Shown here piece by piece: positions 9,622-19,774 of a stretch of 64,000 bases of DNA. A program made the translations under genes and the position numbers. Each line of letters starts with the position of its first letter. Positions within the stretch are counted from its first letter, which is position 1. The notes under the pieces were generated by a model that was not told where the DNA came from, ran no database searches, and saw only the letters and a list, made by a program, of their open reading frames with translations. The DNA lies in contig JAKFBS010000002.1 in the NCBI GenBank assembly GCA_036677065.1, forward strand, positions 832,001 to 896,000, written 5' to 3'. This stretch comes from Bdellovibrio sp. (GTDB taxonomy: Bacteria > Bdellovibrionota > Bdellovibrionia > Bdellovibrionales > Bdellovibrionaceae).

Positions 9622-10170
9622 ATGGGTCGCAGATTTAAATTACTTATCGATCGCAACGCTGAGTTTGAATTAGACTTGGCGCCGTTACTTGCGGTGATGG
9701 TAAAACTTGTGCCAGTTCTGTTGTTATCATCGGCCTTCGTGCAAATGATGATCATCGAAACTGATTTACCGCAAGTGGTTCAAGAAGCAATTAAAAAACA
9801 AGAAGCAGATCCTAATGCAGCGTCAATTTCTGTAGCCGTGACAACTAAAGAAGGTGTTAAAATTACTTTGACTGAAAAAGGTAAAGCTCACATTGAAGTT
9901 GTCGGATTAGGTCAAGACAAACAGATCGACTATCCTGCTTTACATGCTAAGTTTGTTGAACTTAAAAAGAGCCATCCGGCTATTTTTAAAATCGACATTC
10001 AACCCGACGAAGACGTTGCCTACAAAGACGTTGTTAAAGTGATGGATGAAGCTCGCAAAGCCCGCGCTAAAGATCTTAAATTTCCGGTCAAAGACGAAAA
10101 ATCAGGTAAAGAAAGTACTACAGAGTACATGTTTCCTGAAATCGTATTTGGCAATACAATGGATGGTTAA
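9622..10170 (+). CDS. ExbD/TolR family subunit (AglQ-like position), lacking the canonical TM Asp
   Basis: Single TM and periplasmic motif IQPDEDVAYKDVVKVMD. Confidence 0.85.
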   Translation: MGRRFKLLIDRNAEFELDLAPLLAVMVKLVPVLLLSSAFVQMMIIETDLPQVVQEAIKKQEADPNAASISVAVTTKEGVKITLTEKGKAHIEVVGLGQDKQIDYPALHAKFVELKKSHPAIFKIDIQPDEDVAYKDVVKVMDEARKARAKDLKFPVKDEKSGKESTTEYMFPEIVFGNTMDG

Positions 10171-10172
10171 TT

Positions 10173-10664
10173 ATGCCTACAAGAACAAGATTCAAAGTAC
10201 CAGTTAAAAGAAGTCAATCGTTCGGTCTAAACATTACCTCGATGACAGATATGTTTACGATCTTACTGGTCTTCTTATTACAAAGCTTCGCTGCGGGTGA
10301 AGTTCAAATTGATCCGGCCGAAGGCGTACGTCTTCCGCAATCGATGACAGAAAAAAACCCTGTTGACGGTGCGCGCGTATCAGTTTCAGCTAAAGAGATC
10401 AAATTCGATCAAAAAGTCGTAGCATTAATTAAAGACAATAAAATAGATAGCGCAGCTTTAGATGCGCATGATAATCAATTTATCAAACCACTATTTGACG
10501 AATTAAAAAAATTAAACACAGAAAACGAAAAACTGGCTAAGACCGGCAAAGTATTATTACAAGCCGATCAAGATCTTCCTTATGCGACATTACGTAAAAT
10601 TATGTACACGGCATCAATGGCTGGATTTCCAAATCTAAAGCTTGTAACAACTGTGGGTAACTAA
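10173..10664 (+). CDS. ExbD/TolR family subunit (AglS-like)
   Basis: LNITSMTDMFTILLVFLLQSF; LQADQDLPYATLRKIMYTASMAGF. Confidence 0.9.
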   Translation: MPTRTRFKVPVKRSQSFGLNITSMTDMFTILLVFLLQSFAAGEVQIDPAEGVRLPQSMTEKNPVDGARVSVSAKEIKFDQKVVALIKDNKIDSAALDAHDNQFIKPLFDELKKLNTENEKLAKTGKVLLQADQDLPYATLRKIMYTASMAGFPNLKLVTTVGN

Positions 10665-10678
10665 ATATGACGACAACT

Positions 10679-10718
10679 ATGACTCTTAATTCAATTATAA
10701 AGGATGAAGTAAATATGA
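10679..10718 (+). repeat. 40-nt intergenic leader, copy 1 (35/40 identical to 16974-17013)
   Basis: ATGACTCTTAATTCAATTATAAAGGATGAAGTAAATATGA. Confidence 0.9.
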
Positions 10719-10724
10719 ACTCAG

Positions 10725-13700
10725 ATGAGTAAACATTTATTAATTATCGTTCTACTTTGCATTACGCAATTCGCGGCGCAATTCACCAATGCAGCCCAAG
10801 ATGAGGCCAAAGGCCTATTACCTGAAGTTAAACTTAACTCTGATAATGAAGAAGTTAATACTGAAAAAGCTTTCAAATCTGAAGTGCTAATCACCAAAGC
10901 TGAAGGCAAAGCCATTGAAGCTTTAAAAAAGATTATCATTAAGAAAAAAGGCACTGCTGAAGAAGCAGATTTACAATACCGTTTAGCCGAGCTTTATATG
11001 CGTCGTGCAAAATCGGGCCGCTTTTTCGATTTAAATGAAGGTGCTAGCAACAAACTTGATAAATTAGGCGTACAAAGCCAAAAATCAATCGAATCGTTAA
11101 AATTAGCTATCGAAATTTACAACAAAATTGAAAAGCAATTTCCTAATTATAAACAGTTAGATGAAGTTCTTTTTAATAACGCTTTAGCTCATTCGCAAAC
11201 AAAACAAATCGAACGTTCTAAAGATCTATATAATAAATTAACTAACCAATTTCCAAAATCTGTTTTAATGCCAGATGCCCTGCTTGAAGTGGGCGAACTG
11301 TATTACAACCAACAGAACTTTAGCGTGTCTTTAGAAAAATTTAAAGCCATTGAAAAATACCCTAAATCTAAGGCCTACCCTTATGGTTTATATAAGTCTG
11401 CCTGGGCTTTGTATAATTTAAAAAGAACTGACGAAGGTGTTCAGCAATTAGTTCAGGTTGTTAAAATCAACCCGGCTGATGCCCAAGACGAAAAAAAGTA
11501 CAACTTACGTAAAGAAGCTTTACGTGATTTAACTTTATTTGTTGGCGAAACGACTCCGCCAGAACAACTTTATGGATTCTTCAAAAAGCTTTGCACTGAA
11601 AATGAATTAGGTGAAGTTGTTTACAACTTGGCTAATCTTTATGAATCACATTCACGTTTTAAAGAGATTTCAATTTTCGCTAACGAATTTATCAATGAAT
11701 TTCCGTCAAGCGAACATTCTTCAAAAGTTTACACTAAACTTATTGATGCTGAAGAGACTTTAAAAAACCGTCCGCATGTGATTTCTCATCTGAAAAAATT
11801 CGGAAGTCATTGCCAATTGTTAGTTGGTGAAAGTCAAAAGCCTTGCAAAGACAACTTTCGTAAAATCAGCTTAGAAATCTCTAAAAAATGGTGGGATATC
11901 TGGCTTAAAAATAAAAAACACGTTGAATTTTCTAAGTTGACTGAACAGGCTTTTGAAATTCTATTATCGCAAGAAGATGTGGCCCTTCCCGATTCAACTT
12001 CGCGTTATGCCTATGCAGAGTTATTATTTCAATTAGAAAAATTTGAGGCAGCTCAAAGTAATTACTTTACTGTGTCTAACCACAAAGGTTTAGACAAAAC
12101 GCGTTCACATGATGCTCTTTATGGCGCTTTATTCAGCGTTGAAAAACAATTAGAAAAAACCAAAGACGAAGTGCAGGTTGTGGGGTTAACAACTCAACAA
12201 AAAGAATTAGCACAACGTTATGTTAAAGAATATCCAAACGGTGAACATTATGAAAGTTTACAGTTTAAATTAGGTTTTATCGCGTACCAACAAAAAGACT
12301 ACGATAAATCTTTAGAAATTTTAACGCCGTTTACAACTAAATCTAAAAATGTCCAGTTAAAAACTAAAGCTGAAGACATCGTTTTAGATATTTATAACGT
12401 TAAAAAAGATTTTAAAAAAATTATGTCTTTTTCTGGTCAGGTTGGAAAAGCTGTCACTGATGATAAACGTAAAAAATATTTAAATCAAATTAACGAAGAA
12501 GCTAACTTTGCCCAGGTGCAAGTTGATTCTGAAAACTTAAAAGTTGATAAAAAAATTCAGCTTTTGAAAGATTTCGCTCTAGCGCATAAAAATTCAAAAT
12601 TAGGCCAAGATTCATTATGGCAGTGTGTATCGTTAGCTTTTGCTAACGGACTCGATGTCATGGGTGCAGATCTTTCATTAGAGTATGCTAATGCCTACCC
12701 TTCTGATAAAAAGAACTTAGATGCAGTAAAAGACGCGGCCAACGCCTACGTTCAAGCCGGCCAACTTAAAAAAGCCATTTCTACATTTCGCGATTTAGCG
12801 CGTTTAGAAACATCTAAATCTTTTGCTCACTTAGAAACGTCGTGTGATTTGTTGCGTGTAAATTCGCAATTACCAGAAGCACGTGGTTGTTATAAAGCAC
12901 TATTTGATAAAGCTGAGAAAAATAAAAAGATCGAGCTTTTAACAAAAATGATGAAAGCTTTCGGCGATAAGAAAAATCATGCTGAACTTGAATCTATTGA
13001 AAATCAAATCTTACGTGACAATATCGAGCCTTATGCCACGCAATTGTTGATCTCTAAAGCCAGAGAGCATTTAGCGAACAAAAAATACACTGAAGCCTTT
13101 AATCTTTCGATGAAGATTAATTCACGTCCGGTCGATGCTGATGCACGTGCTGAAGCGCGCTTGATCCAGGCTGCCGTATTAGAGTACGAATTTATCACTC
13201 AAAGCGTAAAAGCCCGTGAAAGTAAGTTTTCAATGGTTTTAGCCATGAAGACTGAAAAATTCGATAAAGCATTTACAGCTTATTCATCAACAATCAAAAT
13301 GTCTAAGTCAGATAAGATTCAAGCTGAAGCCTTACAAGGTATTGACCGTTTATATGCTAACTTCGTTGAAGCCTTAACGACTATGCCTGTGCCACAAAGT
13401 TTAACGCCAGATGAACGTGATGGTTTAAAAGCCGAACTTGTGAAAATGTCGACGCCGTTTCAAGAAAAACGTAAAGAGAATTTAACTAAATTACGCCAGG
13501 TTTCAAAACTTTCGGCGACGAACAGTGAAATGATCAACTGGGCTGATTACAGTATCGAAAAAACTGTCGAGCCACGTTTGTTCTTTCCGTCTTACCAGAA
13601 GTTAACTCACTACTTACCGTCTAGTCTTAGCGATTACAAAGACTATTCACGTTTACCAGCATCTGATAAAAAATGTGATTTACAAAAACCCGTAGCATCT

Positions 13701-14381
13701 TCTATCGGTGGTTGTATTCAGACTAAACGTTATGCGGATGCAGAGAAAATGGCGCTTAAGTTAACAGAGACTAAAGAGCAACGTGCCATTGGTTTATACT
13801 ACTTAAGCGTAGTCGCCGATGCTAATAACGAAACTGATAAAGCGCTATGGATGATCGAGAAGGCACAAAGCCTGGAACCACAAGTGGCGTTCTTCCATTT
13901 TCAAAAAGGGAAAGTTCTATATTCTGTCGAAGGAATTAACAGTGCTTTACCGAATTTCGAAAAAGCTTTTGACATTAAAAAATCGTCTAAAGAAATCACT
14001 GTTATGAACGCTTTAAAGTCGTTCTCAGATCGAGATTTTATCACGGCCTCAACCGAATTTTCGCAACTATCGACTGAAGACCTGTATAATTTTAATGTGG
14101 CTGTATTATACGTAGAATCTATTTTACAAAAAGGCGAAACGGCAGAGGCAGTAAGCCTAGCTCAAAGGCTAGTCAATGCTCAGCCTAAAAATGTCGATAT
14201 GCTTTTAGAGCAAGCTCGTATTTTTGAAGAATTTTCTTTGAAAAAAGAAGATGCCGTCCAGTCTTACCAAAAAGCCATGGGCGCAACACTTAGTGCAGAT
14301 CAAAAAGACTGGCTTAAAAAGAAAATTGAATTTTTAAAAACGAATAAAAACAGTCAGATTTCAATGAGTGTGGGTGAATAG
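10725..14381 (+). CDS. Large secreted TPR protein (GltD/AgmU-like)
   Basis: 1218 aa, signal peptide, many TPRs, YGLYKSAWALYNL...LRKEALRDL; located in the agl/glt cluster. Confidence 0.8.
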   Translation: MSKHLLIIVLLCITQFAAQFTNAAQDEAKGLLPEVKLNSDNEEVNTEKAFKSEVLITKAEGKAIEALKKIIIKKKGTAEEADLQYRLAELYMRRAKSGRFFDLNEGASNKLDKLGVQSQKSIESLKLAIEIYNKIEKQFPNYKQLDEVLFNNALAHSQTKQIERSKDLYNKLTNQFPKSVLMPDALLEVGELYYNQQNFSVSLEKFKAIEKYPKSKAYPYGLYKSAWALYNLKRTDEGVQQLVQVVKINPADAQDEKKYNLRKEALRDLTLFVGETTPPEQLYGFFKKLCTENELGEVVYNLANLYESHSRFKEISIFANEFINEFPSSEHSSKVYTKLIDAEETLKNRPHVISHLKKFGSHCQLLVGESQKPCKDNFRKISLEISKKWWDIWLKNKKHVEFSKLTEQAFEILLSQEDVALPDSTSRYAYAELLFQLEKFEAAQSNYFTVSNHKGLDKTRSHDALYGALFSVEKQLEKTKDEVQVVGLTTQQKELAQRYVKEYPNGEHYESLQFKLGFIAYQQKDYDKSLEILTPFTTKSKNVQLKTKAEDIVLDIYNVKKDFKKIMSFSGQVGKAVTDDKRKKYLNQINEEANFAQVQVDSENLKVDKKIQLLKDFALAHKNSKLGQDSLWQCVSLAFANGLDVMGADLSLEYANAYPSDKKNLDAVKDAANAYVQAGQLKKAISTFRDLARLETSKSFAHLETSCDLLRVNSQLPEARGCYKALFDKAEKNKKIELLTKMMKAFGDKKNHAELESIENQILRDNIEPYATQLLISKAREHLANKKYTEAFNLSMKINSRPVDADARAEARLIQAAVLEYEFITQSVKARESKFSMVLAMKTEKFDKAFTAYSSTIKMSKSDKIQAEALQGIDRLYANFVEALTTMPVPQSLTPDERDGLKAELVKMSTPFQEKRKENLTKLRQVSKLSATNSEMINWADYSIEKTVEPRLFFPSYQKLTHYLPSSLSDYKDYSRLPASDKKCDLQKPVASSIGGCIQTKRYADAEKMALKLTETKEQRAIGLYYLSVVADANNETDKALWMIEKAQSLEPQVAFFHFQKGKVLYSVEGINSALPNFEKAFDIKKSSKEITVMNALKSFSDRDFITASTEFSQLSTEDLYNFNVAVLYVESILQKGETAEAVSLAQRLVNAQPKNVDMLLEQARIFEEFSLKKEDAVQSYQKAMGATLSADQKDWLKKKIEFLKTNKNSQISMSVGE

Positions 14382-14382
14382 T

Positions 14383-14649
14383 ATGAACGTAAAATTTTTG
14401 GCTTCTTTAACATTAGCTTTAATCTTAACTTTTATGCCGTTTTTGGTATCTGCTAAAAGTGCAGCTAAAAAAACGAAAACTCGCGATGTTCAGGAAGTGA
14501 ACTTTGGCGAAATGAACTTAAAAGGTACGATCAGAAATCCTGATGGTGCTTATTTAGTGCAAAAAAAAGGTATTAAATTTATGCCCTTGCACGATATCCA
14601 AAAAGACATGGATAAAAAGATTCGCGAAACTTCACTTTATATTGAATAG
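14383..14649 (+). CDS. Small secreted CglF/GltF-like protein
   Basis: ATG 14383 right after the upstream stop; signal peptide; EVNFGEMNLKGTIRNPDGAYL resembles the CglF pattern. Confidence 0.7.
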   Translation: MNVKFLASLTLALILTFMPFLVSAKSAAKKTKTRDVQEVNFGEMNLKGTIRNPDGAYLVQKKGIKFMPLHDIQKDMDKKIRETSLYIE

Positions 14650-14676
14650 TTTAATTTAAATACGGAGATACTGAAT

Positions 14677-16125
14677 ATGAGTATTTTAAAGATCACACAA
14701 ACGACACAAGATGGTCGCCGAAAAATCTGGAAGGTCGACACTAAAAAGTCATTACTGACTTTTGGTTCTTCGCGCAAAACAGACTTTGGCTCGATCGACC
14801 GCATGAGCACGCCATTTGATGCTGTTGTTGAAAATCGTCCAGATGGCTGGCATTTTATCAGCTTCGATATGAAGAATACGTCACCGGATTTAAAAATCGC
14901 GGACAACACTTCATTTGAATTTGCTGAATCAAAATTATTATTTAATATCGTTGAGAAAGAGGAGTTTGTTCTTAGTGGCTTAGAAAACGTGAACCCCCAA
15001 ATTGTGACTCGCGGCACTAAGAAAAAAATTCTTATCGTTTCTAGAAGCGGTAAAATTTTAAAAACTGAAGTTAAAGATGTTAATCACACTTTAACTTATT
15101 CAATCGGTGGCATTTCGCACACCCTACCCTTTAAAGGTAACGATTCATGGGAGCACCATGAAATTGAAGGTTTTAATTTCAAATCTAAATTAATGAACTT
15201 AAACGAAGTGACTGATTTAGAAAAAAATCCTAACGAAGGCCTGGTTGATAAAGAAGGCAAAAAGATGTTGATCCTGACTTTAGGGGCGATGTTTTTATTC
15301 GTAGGTATCGGGGTTTTTGCTCCGAAAAAAGATTTAGTTGAAGAATTAACAGTACCGAAATCAAGTTCAAGCTTAGTTGTAAAAATGGAGTTCAAAAAAC
15401 CTAAAGAAAAATCTGCAGGTCAACCAACTCCGGTTAAAATTAAACAGGCTCAAGCAACGGCGCAAACAAACCCTGCTGCTGGCGGTGGTAAAGTGAACGC
15501 GCTTTTAAAAGGCGCGATCGGCGTTCGAATTTCGCAGCTTATGGGTAAAGTTTCTGCGACAGAAGCACGTACCGCACAAGTTTTAGTAACTACATCAGGA
15601 GTTAAAGCTGGTGATGCTGATTCAGGCCGTGCCTTAGCTGCTGTTGGTAAAGCTGATTCATCAGGCCGTAACTGGAATGGTGAAGCTACGGCTACTAGTG
15701 CCGGTAAGGGTGTATCCACTGGTGGCGTAGGTGCCGGTAAAGGTACTAGCGCAATGGGCACTGGCTTAGCTGCTGGTAAAACCGGTTCTGGTGGTGTTGG
15801 CCTTATCGAAGAAGAATCAGAAGTGGTTGGCGGTTTAGATCGCGAAGTTATCGCACAATATATCAAATCACAACTTGGACAAATTCTTTATTGTTACGAA
15901 CGCCAATTATCAGCAAATCCTGATTTATACGGTAAAGTGGCCGTGAAATTCACGATCGCCGGTACTGGCCAAGTTGAAACACAAGCTATTAACCAAACAA
16001 CTTTAAAAAGTGTTCCGGTTGAAGGCTGTATCTTAAATAAAATCGCTAAATGGAAGTTTCCAGAGCCTAAAGGCGGAACGAAAGTGGTTGTGACCTACCC
16101 GTTCTTATTTAAGAGTACGAATTAA
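14677..16125 (+). CDS. GltG/PglI-like protein: cytoplasmic N-domain, TM, Gly-rich linker, AgmX/PglI (TonB_C-like) C-terminal domain
   Basis: GGLDREVI...CYERQL...NPDLYGKV...CI...WKFPEPKGG...YPFLF. Confidence 0.88.
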   Translation: MSILKITQTTQDGRRKIWKVDTKKSLLTFGSSRKTDFGSIDRMSTPFDAVVENRPDGWHFISFDMKNTSPDLKIADNTSFEFAESKLLFNIVEKEEFVLSGLENVNPQIVTRGTKKKILIVSRSGKILKTEVKDVNHTLTYSIGGISHTLPFKGNDSWEHHEIEGFNFKSKLMNLNEVTDLEKNPNEGLVDKEGKKMLILTLGAMFLFVGIGVFAPKKDLVEELTVPKSSSSLVVKMEFKKPKEKSAGQPTPVKIKQAQATAQTNPAAGGGKVNALLKGAIGVRISQLMGKVSATEARTAQVLVTTSGVKAGDADSGRALAAVGKADSSGRNWNGEATATSAGKGVSTGGVGAGKGTSAMGTGLAAGKTGSGGVGLIEEESEVVGGLDREVIAQYIKSQLGQILYCYERQLSANPDLYGKVAVKFTIAGTGQVETQAINQTTLKSVPVEGCILNKIAKWKFPEPKGGTKVVVTYPFLFKSTN

Positions 16126-16188
16126 TTTTTATAGGATTTAACGAAAAAATAACTTTAGGTAAAGGCCTAAGTAAAACAAAACGAGGAA

Positions 16189-16959
16189 ATGAAAAAGAAC
16201 CAATTACTTCTTGCAGTTGCAACAATGATGTTATTCACCGCTCAACAGGCCTTCGCGCAATCAGCTTCTGGTACAATCAGAAGTTCTGATAAAGTTGATT
16301 TAAAAAAATTAGAAGATAAATACTGGTCTGCTAAAGATGAAGACTACGGTGTTATCCAAAACAGAACTTACTCAAAAGCCCAAAAATTTTATGGATCTCT
16401 TGTCGCCGGTACCTTAATCAATGACCCGTTTGCAGAAGCTAAACCAATGGGTGCCATGCTTGGTTATTACTTCACAGAAGATTTCGGTGTGGAATTAAGC
16501 TATTTAAACCACGATGCAGATAAGAATGAAACTGTTGAAAAGTTAAATTCAGTAAACGTGGCGGTTTCGCCAAATTACAACTTAGTTAAAAATGCCATTA
16601 CAGCTTCTGCAACGTATACGCCGTTTTATGCAAAAATGGCGTTTATGAATAAGTCGATCATGTATTTCGATATGGGATTTACAGCAGGCCTTGGAATGAC
16701 AACTTATGACCAAGTATCAACACCTTCGCAAGGGGCTGCCGAACAGTTGACTTCAAAGTCGACCCCGCATTTCGAACTGGGTTTTATGCAGCAGTTATTT
16801 ATCAGTAAGAATTTTGCATTTCGTTTGGATTTAAAAAATACATTCTATTCGCAAAAAGTTGTTCCTTACCAGTCAAATTTTAATACCACAACTGGTGAAG
16901 AAACTAAATCGTCGAATGATACGACATTAACATTCGGTGTAACGTTATTTACGAATTAA
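16189..16959 (+). CDS. Outer-membrane beta-barrel protein (GltA/B/H-like)
   Basis: Signal peptide, VIQNRTYSK, INDPF, TPFYAKMAF, amphipathic C-terminal strand. Confidence 0.82.
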   Translation: MKKNQLLLAVATMMLFTAQQAFAQSASGTIRSSDKVDLKKLEDKYWSAKDEDYGVIQNRTYSKAQKFYGSLVAGTLINDPFAEAKPMGAMLGYYFTEDFGVELSYLNHDADKNETVEKLNSVNVAVSPNYNLVKNAITASATYTPFYAKMAFMNKSIMYFDMGFTAGLGMTTYDQVSTPSQGAAEQLTSKSTPHFELGFMQQLFISKNFAFRLDLKNTFYSQKVVPYQSNFNTTTGEETKSSNDTTLTFGVTLFTN

Positions 16960-16973
16960 TAGGGATATTTAAG

Positions 16974-17013
16974 ATGACTTTATTTTCAATTAAAAAGGAT
17001 GAAGTAAATATGA
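16974..17013 (+). repeat. 40-nt intergenic leader, copy 2
   Basis: ATGACTTTATTTTCAATTAAAAAGGATGAAGTAAATATGA. Confidence 0.9.
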
Positions 17014-17019
17014 TGTTTC

Positions 17020-19083
17020 ATGTCTACAAATAAATTTATTCTGGTCTTTGCTACACTAATGCTGGCAGTTTCGGCTGTTAATGCTCAAAAAGCTGCACCG
17101 AAATCGGCTGCCACTAAACCTAAGATCACTAATCTTTCTCGCGTGAATGTTCCAAGCGAAAAAGCGTTTCAACCAAAAGATGTCAGTGTACAATTGCCTG
17201 CGACAAAATCTTTTGTTGAAGTGAAATACAAAACTATTCCATCACCAAGTGTAGTTGTTGTTCCGACAACAATTGCACCTATTCCAGTTGTGGAAGCTGC
17301 CAAAGTGGTGATTAAGCCTGAACATATTGCGCAAATTCCAATGGTTAAACCCGTTGATTTAGGTTTAGAGCCTATTCTTAACGAACCACAGCCAGAAGTG
17401 CAAAATCTAGTCGAAATTAAACCTGAAGAATACAAAATGATTCAGGCCCTAATTTTTATGGAACACAATAAACGTCATGACTTAGCGATGCCCCTGTTTG
17501 TTGAATTAATGGATGTACCATTGTACCAACAGCAAGCGACCTTTCACTACGCTGAAACGGCATTAGGTTTAAAATTATATTCTGAATTTCGTCAAAAAAT
17601 GCTGCAAATTTCTAAAGAGGCCAAAGATTTATCAATTAAAAAAATGGCCATTGAATCTTTAGTTAAAAATATGCAGCACTTGCCAATTTCAGATATCGAA
17701 ATGATCGATCCAGTGGCTAAGCAATTTGATGTCGACACGGTTAACTTTCCGGCTTACTTGCTGAAAAAAGCTAAATACTATTCTGAAAAAGGCGATTTAA
17801 AAGAATTCGAAAATGCACTGCTTTTAATTCCAACGGATTCAGCCGAGTATAAAGAGGGAACCCTTTTAAAATCAGTGCTTAATTACCGTCGTGGTCAATT
17901 AGACGAAGCCATCACTGAATTAGAAGTGTTATGGCCATCAGTTGAAGAAAAGAAAAAAGACCCTATCAGAAATTTAGCGGCTTTAACGTTAGCCCGTCTT
18001 AATTTTCAAAAAGGCGAATATAAAACAGCCTACAAATATTACCTATTAGTTGATAAAAATTCAGGCCAATGGCTACAAAGTATGGTTGAACAAGCTTGGA
18101 CTCAAATCTTAGCTAACGATAACATCGGTGCTGCAGGTAACATGTTTACCCTGCACACTGAGTTTTTCAGCAAATCTTATGCACCAGAGACTTATGTTGT
18201 GCGCACCGTGGGCTATTTAAATTTATGCCAATACGGTGATGGCGTACATATTCTAGAGGATTTAAATAAACGTTATAAAGCAATTCATGAAGGTTTAGAC
18301 GGTTATCAAAAAGCCAACACTCAAGGCATGGCTTATTATGATTTAGTTAAATCATTCTTAAAAAACACAAAACAAGAAAACTTTGACGGTGTTCCGCGTT
18401 CGTTCGTTGTTGAACTGGCACGCCACCCGTCTTATATGAACATTCAATCACAAATTAACTCTTACGAAGATGAGAATTCTCGCTTTAACAAAGTGACTAT
18501 TGACTTGATTCGCAAAGAGCGTGATGCACGCTTAGAAATGTTAAAAGCTAAAAATGAATTTACCGCCGCACAGCGCGAAGGCCGTAAAGGCGATAGCTTA
18601 CGTAACCTAGAGAAAAAATACTTATCTAAAGGTGTCGAGCATTTAATTTACAGTCGCGCGCGCACAGGTATTAAAAAAATGCGCGAGGCAGCTCTTGCCC
18701 GCCTGACGAAAGAAGAAAATACCTTACGCGAAAAAGCCGGCAAAAACTTACAAGCTCGCTTTGGTGTGTTAGCCGCAACTCTTGATCGTTTAATCGATCA
18801 ACAAGAAGTTTTAAGTTATGAAATCTATTCTGGAGCTGGCGAACATATTCGTTACCAAATGGCTGGTGGCGAAGCTAAAAACACGGATGCAAGCAAACAA
18901 CCTGCGTCTTTAACTCCGGACGATAAAGATAATTATGCCTGGAAGTTTAAAGGCGAAGTTTGGGATGATGAAATCGGTCATTACCGCTCATCATTAAAAA
19001 ATGTGTGTCCATCAGACGAGCGCACACCTAGCTCTGAGAGCGCTTCAACAGACACAGCCGAAGACAAAGAAAGCCATAACTAA
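17020..19083 (+). CDS. Secreted TPR protein, GltC-like
   Basis: Signal peptide, Pro/Val-rich linker, TPRs, YLNLCQY, C-terminal WKFKGEVWDDEIGHYRSSLKNVC. Confidence 0.82.
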   Translation: MSTNKFILVFATLMLAVSAVNAQKAAPKSAATKPKITNLSRVNVPSEKAFQPKDVSVQLPATKSFVEVKYKTIPSPSVVVVPTTIAPIPVVEAAKVVIKPEHIAQIPMVKPVDLGLEPILNEPQPEVQNLVEIKPEEYKMIQALIFMEHNKRHDLAMPLFVELMDVPLYQQQATFHYAETALGLKLYSEFRQKMLQISKEAKDLSIKKMAIESLVKNMQHLPISDIEMIDPVAKQFDVDTVNFPAYLLKKAKYYSEKGDLKEFENALLLIPTDSAEYKEGTLLKSVLNYRRGQLDEAITELEVLWPSVEEKKKDPIRNLAALTLARLNFQKGEYKTAYKYYLLVDKNSGQWLQSMVEQAWTQILANDNIGAAGNMFTLHTEFFSKSYAPETYVVRTVGYLNLCQYGDGVHILEDLNKRYKAIHEGLDGYQKANTQGMAYYDLVKSFLKNTKQENFDGVPRSFVVELARHPSYMNIQSQINSYEDENSRFNKVTIDLIRKERDARLEMLKAKNEFTAAQREGRKGDSLRNLEKKYLSKGVEHLIYSRARTGIKKMREAALARLTKEENTLREKAGKNLQARFGVLAATLDRLIDQQEVLSYEIYSGAGEHIRYQMAGGEAKNTDASKQPASLTPDDKDNYAWKFKGEVWDDEIGHYRSSLKNVCPSDERTPSSESASTDTAEDKESHN

Positions 19084-19111
19084 TTTTAATTTTTTATAAA
19101 AGGAATAATTT

Positions 19112-19774
19112 ATGAAACAGACACAAAAGACAATTTTAACTTTAAGCGCAATCACAGCCATCAGTTTTTCTGCAGTCTTGGCTTTTGCTGAGCCATATTC
19201 AGCACAAACTGGATTAGAGAAAATCAAAATCAATGTTGAAACCGCAAAGGCTAATAAAGGCGATTACGAAAAAAACTTAAGCATGATCAACGGCAATATG
19301 TCTGAACTAGGCAAAGCTAAAGGCCAGGCACAAAAGCAAAAAGATTCAGTGAATTCTGAAATCGTAAACAATAACGAAGCACTTAAAAAAGTTGTTTTAC
19401 AAGAAAAAGAATTACAAGCCTTAATCACGGCTGAAGAAACAAAGCGTGCTGAAGAAGAAAAACAACTGAAAGAGTTAGAAAGACTAACTACGCAAATTGG
19501 TGAAAACCAAAAAAAGCGCGAACAAATCATTGCTGATTATAAAAAACAAATGGAGCTTGTTGCTGAAGAGAAAAAATCATGGAAAGGCCGCGAAGGCGAA
19601 CTGCGTGCGCAAGAAACAAAAACAATCGATGCCTTACGTGGTTTAGCTTCGCAAGAAGTAGCCTGGAACACAAAAAAGAAAACTTACGAATCAGAAGTTA
19701 AAAAATGGTCTTCAGAACTTGATAAACAACAAAAAATCTCTGAAACATACCAAGGTTTAAAAGAGAACAAATAG
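19112..19774 (+). CDS. Secreted coiled-coil protein, last gene of the glt cluster
   Basis: SD AAGGA, signal peptide, heptad-rich K/E/Q body. Confidence 0.75.
   Translation: MKQTQKTILTLSAITAISFSAVLAFAEPYSAQTGLEKIKINVETAKANKGDYEKNLSMINGNMSELGKAKGQAQKQKDSVNSEIVNNNEALKKVVLQEKELQALITAEETKRAEEEKQLKELERLTTQIGENQKKREQIIADYKKQMELVAEEKKSWKGREGELRAQETKTIDALRGLASQEVAWNTKKKTYESEVKKWSSELDKQQKISETYQGLKENK

Noticed and set aside
15560..15810. Gly/Ala-rich GGT/GCT periodicity as a tandem DNA repeat
   Set aside because: It is the low-complexity linker of the GltG-like protein, with no exact nucleotide repeat unit
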